Shown piece after piece: positions 21,685-32,330 of a DNA stretch of 41,747 nucleotides. Both the position numbers and the translations under genes were made by a program. Origin of the DNA: Schmidtea nova. Lineage: Eukaryota. The notes under the pieces are model-generated. The model saw nothing but the letters and a program-made list of their open reading frames with translations, did not search any database and was not told where the DNA came from. The stretch covers positions 73,904,159-73,945,905 of the forward strand of contig CM097883.1 in NCBI GenBank assembly GCA_044892505.1, given 5' to 3'. Position 1 is the stretch's first letter. Every line of letters starts with the position of its first letter.

Positions 21685-22834
21685 ATTAATTAATTAAATT
21701 AAAATGTTAATTTTTATTAATAATTTAAATATATACAAGTTTTAAATTTTTTATGTAATAGATAATTTATAAGAAATTACAAAATAAACGATAAAAATGT
21801 AGCCTAATTAAATAAAAGAAATATCCTGATTTTCCAATATTTTTCCGATTTTCTTCTTTCGACCTTCGGTTCATGTAGTAAAGGGGGAGTTCGCAAAATA
21901 TCTTTCAAANNNNNNNNNNNNNNNNNNNNNNNNNNNNNNNNNNNNNNNNNNNNNNNNNNNNNNNNNNNNNNNNNNNNNNNNNNNNNNNNNNNNNNNNNNN
22001 NNNNNNNNNNNNNNNNNNNNNNNNNNNNNNNNNNNNNNNNNNNNNNNNNNNNNNNNNNNNNNNNNNNNNNNNNNNNNNNNNNNNNNNNNNNNNNNNNNNN
22101 NNNNNNNNNNNNNNNNNNNNNNNNNNNNNNNNNNNNNNNNNNNNNNNNNNNNNNNNNNNNNNNNNNNNNNNNNNNNNNNNNNNNNNNNNNNNNNNNNNNN
22201 NNNNNNNNNNNNNNNNNNNNNNNNNNNNNNNNNNNNNNNNNNNNNNNNNNNNNNNNNNNNNNNNNNNATTTTCTTTTATTATATTATAATTTATTGTATA
22301 AATTGCTTGAAATACAATAATCAATAAAATGTATTGAAAATAAATATTCACGATATTATCAGATTTAAATTTCGGCTTTTCGCTTANNNNNNNNNNNNNN
22401 NNNNNNNNNNNNNNNNNNNNNNNNNNNNNNNNNNNNNNNNNNNNNNNNNNNNNNNNNNNNNNNNNNNNNNNNNNNNNNNNNNNNNNNNNNNNNNNNNNNN
22501 NNNNNNNNNNNNNNNNNNNNNNNNNNNNNNNNNNNNNNNNNNNNNNNNNNNNNNNNNNNNNNNNNNNNNNNNNNNNNNNNNNNNNNNNNNNNNNNNNNNN
22601 NNNNNNNNNNNNNNNNNNNNNNNNNNNNNNNNNNNNNNNNNNNNNNNNNNNNNNNNNNNNNNNNNNNNNNNNNNNNNNNNNNNNNNNNNNNNNNNNNNNN
22701 NNNNNNNNNNNNNNNNNNNNNNNNNNNNNNNNNNNNNNNNNNNNNNNNNNNNNNNNNNNNNNNNNNNNNNNNNNNNNNNNNNNNNNNNNNCACTAAAATA
22801 ATTAAAAGAAAACGCCAATCCAAATATATATTTT

Positions 22835-22875
22835 GCACAATATATTTCGAGATTTTAATTCTCTTCATCAGGTGC
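22835..22875 (-). ncRNA. Minimal type-I hammerhead ribozyme (PLE-associated type)
   Basis: GCAC-CUGAUGA-A-GAGA(auuaaaa)UCUC-GAAA-UAUA-UU-GUGC: intact core, 4-bp stem I, 4-bp stem II, palindromic mini stem III. Confidence 0.8.
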
Positions 22876-23259
22876 TACTCAATCTTACATCCAAATATAA
22901 ATCAAATAAATCGATTTTTTCAAACGAATTAGTATTAATTTTTTAAAATAAAATATATATTTTAAATTCCATATTATAGTTGAAAAATTTAAATCGATTA
23001 AAATTTTTTNNNNNNNNNNNNNNNNNNNNNNNNNNNNNNNNNNNNNNNNNNNNNNNNNNNNNNNNNNNNNNNNNNNNNNNNNNNNNNNNNNNNNNNNNNN
23101 NNNNNNNNNNNNNNNNNNNNNNNNNNNNNNNNNNNNNNNNNNNNNNNNNNNNNNNNNNNNNNNNNNNNNNNNNNNNNNNNNNNNNNNNNNNNNNNNNNNN
23201 NNNNNNNNNNNNNNNNNNNNNNNNNNNNNNNNNNNNNNNNNNNNNNNNNNNNNNNNNNT

Positions 23260-24212
23260 AATATATATAAACGTTACGTTGATGATATCATTTTTAGTAT
23301 TTTCGAATGCTGATGATGTTTTTCCTTTTTTAAATTTTTTGAATGGGCTACATTCCAATATTAAGTTCACGGTGGAAGAAAAAGTTAATGCTTTTCTTTC
23401 ATTTTTAGATTTGTTAGTGGAACGAACATCTAAGGGGTTTGAAATAGAAGTATATAGAAAGCCAACAGATACAGGTCTATATACTACTGCTAACACCTTT
23501 TGTGATTTTAAATATAATAAAAATATGATTAAGGGTTTGATTTTTAGATCGTGGTCATTATCTTTTACTTTTGAAAAGTCTAACAAAAGTATACACAAAC
23601 TTGTTTCTCTTCTGAATAAAAATGGATGTTCAAATGCTTTTGTAGAAAGACTGACTAAGGAAACCATTCATCGGCTTTTGATCGAGCCTGATGAAAACAT
23701 TGGATATGGTAGTCCATCTAATGATCGTGAACATATAAAAATGCACGTTTTCGGAATTCCATATTCGGAAGGTTTTAAAAACTTTAAGTGTTCTGTAAGG
23801 AAATCCTTAGGAAATTCAAACATATTTAACATAGTGTCAAAGTCTTTAAAATCAGTATGTTTAGTGTCAAAGTCTTTAAATTCAATATGTTTAGTAATAA
23901 ATCTCAAACCCCAAAAGGTTTAGTGTCTGATTTAGTGTATAAGCTTTCATGTAATGGGTGCAATGTCACATACATTGGAGAGACTTCCCGTCATCTCCGC
24001 ACACGGGTTCAGGAACATAGCCGATTGAAAGGTGTGAGTAATATTATTGAGCATAGAAAAATGTGTAAATGAGAAACTGATTTAAAAGATTTTAAAATTA
24101 TATTAAAAAACTTTAACAAAAAATGGAAAAGTGTGAGGCGTTGGTGATTAAATCACAATCCCCTACAATAAATATTCAATCAGCAACGAATTTATTGAGA
24201 TTATTTAATTAA
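23260..24212 (+). pseudogene. Penelope-like element, Poseidon/Penelope type: RT C-terminus plus GIY-YIG endonuclease, frameshifted
   Basis: KRYVDD, IKFTVE, FLDLLVER, VYRKPTDTGLY; LVYKLSCNGCNVTYIGETSRHLRTRVQEH; ends PTINIQSATNLLRLFN*. Frameshifts, a stop and an internal 30-bp duplication near 23833-23892; 5' end lost in the gap. Confidence 0.9.
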
Positions 24213-24280
24213 CTCATTTAATCATAGCCATTACATCATAACTGTTTCCGTATATAGCATTTGATTTAGATTATGATGGC

Positions 24281-24319
24281 AGACTGATGATGAGGACTAT
24301 GTCCTTGAAATATATTTCG
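24281..24319 (+). ncRNA. Minimal hammerhead ribozyme in the PLE 3' region (weak stem I)
   Basis: AGA-CUGAUGA-U-GAGGAC(uau)GUCCUU-GAAA-UAUA-UU-UCG, about 70 nt after the PLE stop codon. Confidence 0.65.
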
Positions 24320-24364
24320 ATTATTGGGAAATTTCGTGTTTTTATTAATAATAGGCCATCATTT

Positions 24365-24520
24365 TTTCAATAATAATGATATCAATATTTCCCATAATGG
24401 ATGACTATAGATCAAAGTTTGTGTGATTATTTAAACTAACTTTGATCTATAGTCATCCATTATGGTATATATTAATAATAAAAAAGATCAAAGGTGAAAC
24501 AAAAAGATAATTATGATAAT
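24365..24520. repeat. Palindromic repeat family copy with central deletion
   Basis: CCATAATGGATGACTATAGATCAAAG...CTTTGATCTATAGTCATCCATTATGG...AAAGATCAAAGGTGAAACAAAAAGATAATTATGAT. Confidence 0.75.
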
Positions 24521-24648
24521 AATAATAATAATAATAATAACTTATGTAATAAAAAATTTTAAGGACTAATAATAAATCACAAAGTGCATTCTCTTAGCCA
24601 AGTTCTGCTAAAAATAAGCTAAACTAAAATAAATATATTTTGTACAAC

Positions 24649-24649
<1 letters not shown>

Positions 24650-24694
<45 letters not shown>

Positions 24695-24955
24695 ATGATA
24701 TTCATCAATATTTATACCACAAGATTCACACTTATCAGAGTTTTTTAAACATTTTGAACAAATAATTACATGTCCACAAGGTAAATATAAAATGCAAACT
24801 CTATTGATATTATATATTGAACATGTGAGAAATCTTTGTTTCGTTTCTTCTAATTTATTGTTGACATTTACCTCTAAAATATCCACATTCAGCATAAAAA
24901 TTCGAATAAGAGTACGGTATTTTCCAAGTCGAAATTCTATGCACGACCAGAAAAT
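24650..24955 (-). pseudogene. IAP-type C3HC4 RING domain fragment, copy 1 (second Cys replaced by Tyr)
   Basis: TCSIYNINRVCILYLPCGHVIICSKCLKNSDKCESC; the PCGH...CxxC...CxxC pattern is typical of IAP-like RINGs; frame runs into (TA)n. Confidence 0.65.
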
Positions 24956-25011
24956 CCTTCAATAATAAATTAATTATTGGTTTAACAGAATCATTCGGAT
25001 ATGATAAATCG

Positions 25012-25349
25012 ATGATGAAATTATCCAGTTTTATTATGATTCTTAATGATAGCGATTCTATTGAATTCAATTTGAATACCATTTTCTGGTCATGTATGGA
25101 ATTTCGACTTGGAAAATACCGTACTCTTATTCGAACTTTCATGCTGAATGTGGATATTTTAGAGGTAAATGTAACCAATAAATTGGAAGAAACCAAACAA
25201 AGATTTCTCACATGTTCAATATGAAATATCAATAGAGTTGGCATTTTATATTTACCTTGTTGACATGTCATTATTTGTTCAAAATGTTTAAAAAATATTA
25301 ATAAGTGTGAATCTTGTGGTATTAATATTGATGAATATCATGTGATATA
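25012..25349 (+). pseudogene. IAP-type RING domain fragment, copy 2 (two nonsense codons)
   Basis: TCSI*NINRVGILYLPC*HVIICSKCLKNINKCESC; 25081-25349 is the inverted repeat of 24687-24955. Confidence 0.65.
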
Positions 25350-25541
25350 NNNNNNNNNNNNNNNNNNNNNNNNNNNNNNNNNNNNNNNNNNNNNNNNNNN
25401 NNNNNNNNNNNNNNNNNNNNNNNNNNNNNNNNNNNNNNNNNNNNNNNNNNNNNNNNNNNNNNNNNNNNNNNNNNNNNNNNNNNNNNNNNNNNNNNNNNNN
25501 NNNNNNNNNNNNNNNNNNNNNNNNNNNNNNNNNNNNNNNNN

Positions 25542-25616
25542 ACTATAGATCAAAATTTTTTTTTATAAACAATAACACAATATTTCGGCACAGCCTTTAT
25601 CAAGTGTGTATTTCTA
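25542..25616 (+). repeat. Palindromic repeat family arm flanking the PLE 3' end
   Basis: ACTATAGATCAAAA...CAGCCTTTATCAAGTGTGTATTTCTA; outer part lies in the gap. Confidence 0.8.
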
Positions 25617-25701
25617 TCGTTATATTTACTTAATCCTAAATAGTAGCCTTAATTATTTTTTTAATATTTTATAATGATTTTATTGGATGAAAAAATTTAT
25701 T

Positions 25702-27468
25702 TTAATTTTTTTGTGCGAATTGAATGTTGATGGACGGTTTGTATTTTTTTATGAAAAAAGTCTCGGAAGCTAATCTTTGTAATGAATTTTTGAATCCCTC
25801 TTGTAGGATCTGGCATTTTGTTTCTTCTATAGATGGAGTTGTTTTATGTACTTTTTCCCAGTGTTCGTAATAATTACTGGTTTTGATTTTAGTATGTTCA
25901 TTAAGTCGGGTGCGAAAAGTTCTATGTGTTTCTCCTATGTAAGTAGCGTCACATTTTTGACAAGAAAGTTTATATACTATATTTTTGGAAAAGCAAAAGC
26001 ATCGGGTTGTGGAACGGCAAAGACATTTATGTTTGGAGATGTTGGAAATTGGTGGCTTTCGGAGTTGTGATTTTAACGGTGCGGAGGTTATGAATGTTGG
26101 ACGGATGTGGATAGGCAAATCTGTTTGATTAAAAATGTTGGTGATTTTGTTGGCTGTAGTGTCATTTAGGAAAGGTAATCTTAGATATGTTGTGTGTTTG
26201 TTATTGTTATTGTGTTTCTGGCGTTTTCTATTGTTGCGTTTATTGTGGTATGGTTCGTTAAGGAAGTGTTTCTTTACAAAGTCTTCAGGGTATCCATTTT
26301 GGAGGAATCGTATTTTGAAGTTTTCTAATGTTTCTTGTATTTTGTTTGCGTCTGAACAGTTTCTTATGGCTCTTTTTCTTTCTCCAATTAGTAATGCGAT
26401 TTTGCGTTGATGTGGAACGTGGCTTTTCCATGGGAGGATATGACCGCTATGTAAACTTTTAGAATATAGCTCGGTGTTTGCATTTAGTGTATCTTGGCCT
26501 TTTGTGAAACTTACCATGGTATCTAAAAACGGTATTTTACCTTCTGTGTTCGGTGTTTCAAAAGTGAATTGTATGTTGGTGTTAGTAGAATTTGCGTGTG
26601 ATAGGATTTGATTGAGAGGGATTGTGGAGACTATGAAGATGTCGTCGATGTATCGTTTCCAGAAAAGTATTTTGTCCCCAAAAAAAGATATGATCTTAGA
26701 TTCTATAAAGTTCATGTAGAAGATGGCTAAGATGGGAGAAAGGTTATTACCCATGGCTAATCCATGAATTTGTTTGAATGGTTTTTCTTTAATTATGACA
26801 GTATCTGAATTTATTGCTAATTTTAGAAGTTCTATAAAGTCTTGTTTAGTTAAGTCTGCGAGGTCAGTATTGGCTTTATGAGTTTCAAAGAAAGAAGCTG
26901 CGATATCGAAAATGTTATTCTCTCCGTGAAGAGGAATAGATCCGTAAAGATTGGAAACGTCAAGAGATCCCCAGAAGTACTGTTGTTCTGAGTTTAACGG
27001 AAGAGACGTATTTGTTATTTCGGAGACGAATTCAGTTGTGTTTTTAAGATGAGAAGGAACCAAAGGCAAAAGTGTTTTTAGAATTTCTGAAAGAACTTTA
27101 GAAAGTGTTGTGGAAGGAGTGTCAACTGCAGATACAAGAGGTCTACCTTTTAAAGGACTTTTGTGATCTTTAGGTAACATAGTCATATTACTAGGTAAAG
27201 GCTCACTGCAGTTGCATTTTAAAAGTAAATCTTTGATTTGAAGGTTAATTTGTTTATTTGCAAGTGTTGAAAGTTTCTTATTGTATAAAATCTGAGTCGA
27301 TGCAGGTAAGATTATTTTGTTTATCGGTTCATAGTTCGAGAGATGTTCTTCAAATAGAGTATTGTGTTGTTCTGTGTCAAGGGCAATTAGTCGATTTGTT
27401 TTATCTGATGGAAGAATTGTGAAGTCTTTGGAATTCTTAATTTTCTTTATGTTTGAAGTGAAACACAA
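25702..27468 (-). CDS. Penelope-like element RT plus GIY-YIG endonuclease, 5'-truncated, uninterrupted frame (588 aa)
   Basis: PSDKTN, PKDHKSPLKGRPLVS, SLDVSNLYGSIP, GLAMGNNLSPILA, RYIDDIF, IPFLD; IVYKLSCQKCDATYIGETHRTFRTRLNEH; ends KYKPSINIQ. The N-terminus is a truncation point, not a true start. Confidence 0.93.
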   Translation of the reverse strand: MCFTSNIKKIKNSKDFTILPSDKTNRLIALDTEQHNTLFEEHLSNYEPINKIILPASTQILYNKKLSTLANKQINLQIKDLLLKCNCSEPLPSNMTMLPKDHKSPLKGRPLVSAVDTPSTTLSKVLSEILKTLLPLVPSHLKNTTEFVSEITNTSLPLNSEQQYFWGSLDVSNLYGSIPLHGENNIFDIAASFFETHKANTDLADLTKQDFIELLKLAINSDTVIIKEKPFKQIHGLAMGNNLSPILAIFYMNFIESKIISFFGDKILFWKRYIDDIFIVSTIPLNQILSHANSTNTNIQFTFETPNTEGKIPFLDTMVSFTKGQDTLNANTELYSKSLHSGHILPWKSHVPHQRKIALLIGERKRAIRNCSDANKIQETLENFKIRFLQNGYPEDFVKKHFLNEPYHNKRNNRKRQKHNNNNKHTTYLRLPFLNDTTANKITNIFNQTDLPIHIRPTFITSAPLKSQLRKPPISNISKHKCLCRSTTRCFCFSKNIVYKLSCQKCDATYIGETHRTFRTRLNEHTKIKTSNYYEHWEKVHKTTPSIEETKCQILQEGFKNSLQRLASETFFIKKYKPSINIQFAQKN

Positions 27469-27609
27469 AATTCTTTCACTTCAAACATAAAGAAAATTAA
27501 GAATTCCAAAGACTTCACAATTCTTCCATCAGATAAAACAAATCGACTTATTGCCCTTGACACAGAACAATACAATACTCTATTTGAAGAACATCTCTCG
27601 AACTATGAA
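27328..27609. repeat. 136-bp foldback at the PLE 5' truncation
   Basis: 27328-27463 and 27474-27609 are reverse complements with 2 mismatches and a 10-nt spacer. Confidence 0.92.
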
Positions 27610-27631
27610 TACACACTAGAAAATACACACA

Positions 27632-27746
27632 TAGAAATACACACTTGATAAAGGCTGTGCCGAAATATTGTGTTATTGTTTAAAAAAAAATTTTGATCTA
27701 TAGTCATTATGAGAATTATTGATAATAATAATAAAAAAAGATCAAA
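27632..27746 (-). repeat. Palindromic repeat family arm flanking the PLE 5' end, inverted relative to 25542-25616
   Basis: TAGAAATACACACTTGATAAAGGCTGTGCCGAAATATTGTG...TTTTGATCTATAGTC...AAAGATCAAA. Confidence 0.85.
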
Positions 27747-28535
27747 NNNNNNNNNNNNNNNNNNNNNNNNNNNNNNNNNNNNNNNNNNNNNNNNNNNNNN
27801 NNNNNNNNNNNNNNNNNNNNNNNNNNNNNNNNNNNNNNNNNNNNNNNNNNNNNNNNNNNNNNNNNNNNNNNNNNNNNNNNNNNNNNNNNNNNNNNNNNNN
27901 NNNNNNNNNNNNNNNNTTGAAAAAGTTTTGATAAGAATCTTCAATAGAAAGAAGAATTACAAATTTAATAGTCATGCCTTTGAGTCTAGTCTTTCACTAG
28001 TCTTGCACTATAATTGTTAAACCTAGATAATGAAAATTACTTTCTAAGAATATCTCGTTTTAACATAAAAATTATAAGCAATTTTAAAAGATTTTTTATT
28101 GAAAGAAAATAACTTTGGAAAAGTCAAATGATCTCACTTACTTTAAAGATTTTATTAAAATGAAGTTTACTAGAATGCATTAGGTGATAGAGCCATTGTA
28201 ACCAATTTGTTAATTGGGAACCCAAGCGAACATATTTATCGAGCACCGAAATGTCGATATTTTTTAACAAGAATGTTATTATTTTTCATTTTATTTAAAG
28301 GAAAACTAATTTAAAATTAATTAATTAATATTGAAAATACAACACTGAAATATTCACTCTGTCAATCATTGGATTGAAAGTTATTTGGTGATTGTACAAG
28401 ATTCAATTTAAATTTACAGTTTAATTAAAATCACCTTTTTTTATTTTTTGGTATGTTTTGTGAAAATAAATAAATTTACCTTTTAATATAAAGCTGAATA
28501 CAATTTAAGTGTATATCAATAAGTTTCATAATTGC

Positions 28536-28610
28536 ATGACTATAGATCGAAATTCTTTGGTTGTTAAGTACACAATATTTAGGCACAGCCTTTATCAAGT
28601 GTGTATTTCA
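28536..28610 (+). repeat. Palindromic repeat family, partial single arm
   Basis: ATGACTATAGATCGAAA...CACAATATTTAGGCACAGCCTTTATCAAGTGTGTATTTC. Confidence 0.75.
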
Positions 28611-29189
28611 ATCGTTACATTAACTTAAGTGTGATTTTAATTTGATGATTTAAAGACTATAAAATAACGATCAATAAAGCATTGATTCATATTTGATTTG
28701 TCTAATGTACCCACAGATAGAAAATAAAGCACTTTTGTTCTTCTCTAAAATTCATGACTTAACCCCATTTATTTCTCCAAGCATACTCGACCATTATCGT
28801 AGCCTTGTGAACAACAATCTTAAAAAAGAATATTATTTTTTCCAGAATTTCGAGAATATTTTCTATTATATTTTCTACAGTTTTTTCAGTAAAGTTCATA
28901 AACTCTATGAAATGTTCGTTAACTTTGAATTCATTCGAATCTTAATTTTGTGACATATTTGAAAATTAGAATATTTTGTTCAATGTGTAAAATATCTTGG
29001 ATTGAATTTTTATAATTCCAATCCTTTCTTGGTTCTAGAATTGTTTGAAGAACATTTTTACCACACAAGGTTATAGTAACAAAATGAGAAAAAATGAGTC
29101 ACCCCTATCCCGGTGGTAGAAAAATTTTCATTATGACTCATTGGTATTACTCATCGGTATAACTCGTCGATGACGTAATCGACGATTCA

Positions 29190-30420
29190 TTTCACACTAG
29201 AAATACAGACAATAATAATCATAAAAAGAAATATTATCACACTAGTGCAAAGATATACAAAAGGTATTATCACATTACACAAAGCTTATCACATATACGA
29301 AATATTATTATACTTTAATGTAAAATACAAACAAAATATAAAAGCTTACAAACATATACACAAAAGATTATCACTTATAGTGCAAAACATTAGAAATACT
29401 TACAAAATATACGAAATGTCATCTCAAAGTATCATTACATAACTGAAATATCATTACAAAATATCAAAGATTCACAAAAGCAATATTAGAAATACAAACA
29501 TAAATACACAAAACATTATCATACTATTATTTGATAACATAGAAATACATGAAAATCAAAAAAGAACATACAGGTATCATTACATATATGAAATATCATG
29601 ACACAAGAGATTATCACATACATGAAATATCTACATAGTATAATGTAAAATATATACAAAATAACAAACATACATAGAAATAAATCATATACATAAAATA
29701 TATCATTGCATACATAAAATATAATCAGAATATCTATACATACATGAAATATTATCATGCTTTAATGCAAATACACATAATATTAAAAATACATCATACA
29801 CACAAAGGATATCATACACATGAAAAGTTATCATGTTATAGTCAGTCAAATGCATGAAATATTATCATTCAATAGTGCAAAATACATACATAATATCAAA
29901 TATACATAGAAATACATCGTACCCACAAAGAATATCATCACAAAATATCAGCATACTATAGTGCAATTACATAGAAAATCATCAAAAATACACAGACGTT
30001 CATCAAACACACAACAATAATCATTAAAGAAATATCTACATACTAAAGTGAAATTACATAAAAAATATACAGAATATTAAAAATACATGAAACATCATAA
30101 CAAAATGTCATCATACTATAGTAACAATATACACAAAATATCAAACTTTCATCAAATATGTACACAAAATATCATTATATAACTGATATATCATCACAAA
30201 ATACTAAAAATACATAACACACGTACAAAATATCACCACATATATGAAATATCAACGCAAAATGTCTTTATTCTATAGTTTGTTAACATAGAAACACATA
30301 GAAAATCTTCAAAATACACACAAAATAACATAAATACATAGAAAATCATCACAAATATACATGAAATATCAATATTACATAGAAAGTCATCAAACAACAA
30401 ATATCCACATAAGATTTGTC
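29190..30420. repeat. Degenerate A/C-rich minisatellite-like array
   Basis: Recurrent AAATACATAGAAA, ATATCATCACA and CATACTATAGTG motifs; G is scarce on the plus strand. Confidence 0.65.
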
Positions 30421-32249
30421 ATTTAAAGTGTATTAGTAAATATTGTGAAATGTAAGAATTTTTAACATTTTGTGTCTGTTACTGGATAAAATTGAAACAT
30501 TGATCAAAACTCATAAATGATTATGCTAATGACTGATATTGTACTATATGTGTGAGTAATGAGGTTTAGCAAATAAAACCATCACAAAAGACGTTCTGTT
30601 ACTAAAGGTTATGGTAGCAAATTTCTGTTTGCAATGTTCTGCTACTGAAACAAAATTGATGAAAATGTAACAATAATGAAAATAAATCTTTTAAACATTA
30701 CTGTAGGTTCTACTTTAAAATGAGGAAAATCAAAAGATATTTTAAAAACAATGGAGAAAATATTAATGGGTGAGAATATTAGAACAATTGATACTGAATA
30801 AAGTCGGATTGTAACAGTAAAGAAATGTTCGAGTAATAAGCTTTGGCAGATATAAATCATCACAAAAGATGTTCTGCTACTAGGGTTCTGATATAAATGT
30901 TCGACTACTGCGTTACTCATCAGATTTCAAGTCTGCTTTGTTGATATAAATCACTCTGATGCATGTTACGCATGTTTGAAACACTTGTACTTCCATGTGT
31001 CATGCACTTGTATTTCAACTTGATTGCACTTTTATTGCAAGTGTCATTCACTTGTGGTATTCAAGAAAATGTATATTTTCTTTCATTTTCCTTAAATATT
31101 AATCAATTGTACAGAGTTTAATTATTATTTTCAGAGTAAATTTAATACAAAATATTGACAATTTCTGTATTTACTAATCAATCATTTATTAAGCAATGAT
31201 TTTGGGCACTTTGCGATGATACAAAATGGGTTATATAATTGTAAAAGGATAAAACTATGATCAATATTTTCCCTGTACATTCAATTACAAAAAGTCTATC
31301 AAAATCATAACAAGTGTAAAAACCATAAATTTACAATTGATTCAAAGAAATACTCAATAGGTTTGCCTAATAAGTTAAAATAGTTGTATTTTAATCAAAC
31401 TGTACATATTGTATCATAGTTTTTAGAGTCAATTTCTTTAACATACAAAAACAATCACAAAGCGGATTTTCATATCAAAGATCACGCTATGGTTCTAAAT
31501 AAAATTTTAAAATTTAAAAAACTTCAGCATCTGACAAAGTATTCTCATTATAAGAAACACACACACACATTTATATATATCCATCACAAGTTTTTTCTCT
31601 TAAAACTTTTGAATATTATATAATTTCATCGGAAGAATTATTATTTTAAAAAAACAAAAAAGGGTGACTCATGTTCTTTGTTTGAGTCATCGATGAGTCA
31701 TCATGCCTTTGTTCTTGACTCCACACTTCTACCTACTCACACAGGCCAATAAACTGATTTGGAGAATATCACGATAAATAATAGGCTTATTCTTTCAAAA
31801 TTCCTATTATAAAGACCTTTAACCAATGTATTGTCCCCTTAAAACGCAAGACGTCTAGATGATAAAAATAATATTACATATATTCCAAAAGAAATTTCTA
31901 ATACAAATACAATCTTTTATTTCCACGTATTTTTCAGGAAATGGGAATATGTCGTATAATTTATTATAAGGTTTATTTCTGGGAATTTTTAACTAAATTG
32001 CTTAAATTTCCATTATTTTCATTGCAAAATATTCTTTATGATAAATAGTGACGAGTTTCTTTCATGACATTCCATGTTGATATATTCTCGAGGAAAAGCC
32101 TCTTTTAATCTTTTATCTTTTATTTTAGAATAAATTATCGAATCTTGAGGATTTTATACCAATAATTTCTTTTGGTAAATCTTTATAAACATTTAGGAAT
32201 TCTCAAAACTGATCGTTTGTAATATATATCTTTTAAAATTTATTTGAGA

Positions 32250-32330
32250 CTAGAAAATAAACCCGTCTTGCCGGGGTGTTTTTAATAGTTTAAATTAAGA
32301 GCAAACGTGTTATTTAACAATAGTATATGA
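32250..32330 (-). mobile_element. Putative mini non-autonomous Helitron (81 bp)
   Basis: Minus strand A|TCATATACTA...CCCG-GCAAGA-CGGG hairpin, TTTATTTT, CTAG|T. The 3' end is canonical; the 5' end is less certain. Confidence 0.5.

Noticed and set aside
21905-23261. Long ORFs containing X runs (also near 8630, 25338, 27603, 33724 and 39257)
   Set aside because: Artefacts of translating through N gaps.
30885-30925. Fourth hammerhead candidate (minus strand CTGATGAG...CGAAC)
   Set aside because: Stem II does not pair, GAAC replaces GAAA, and no stem I is present.
29094-31672. A 2.6-kb transposon bounded by ATGAGTCACCC / GGGTGACTCAT
   Set aside because: Only 11 bp match, neighbouring motif clusters are not mirror-symmetric, and there is no target-site duplication.
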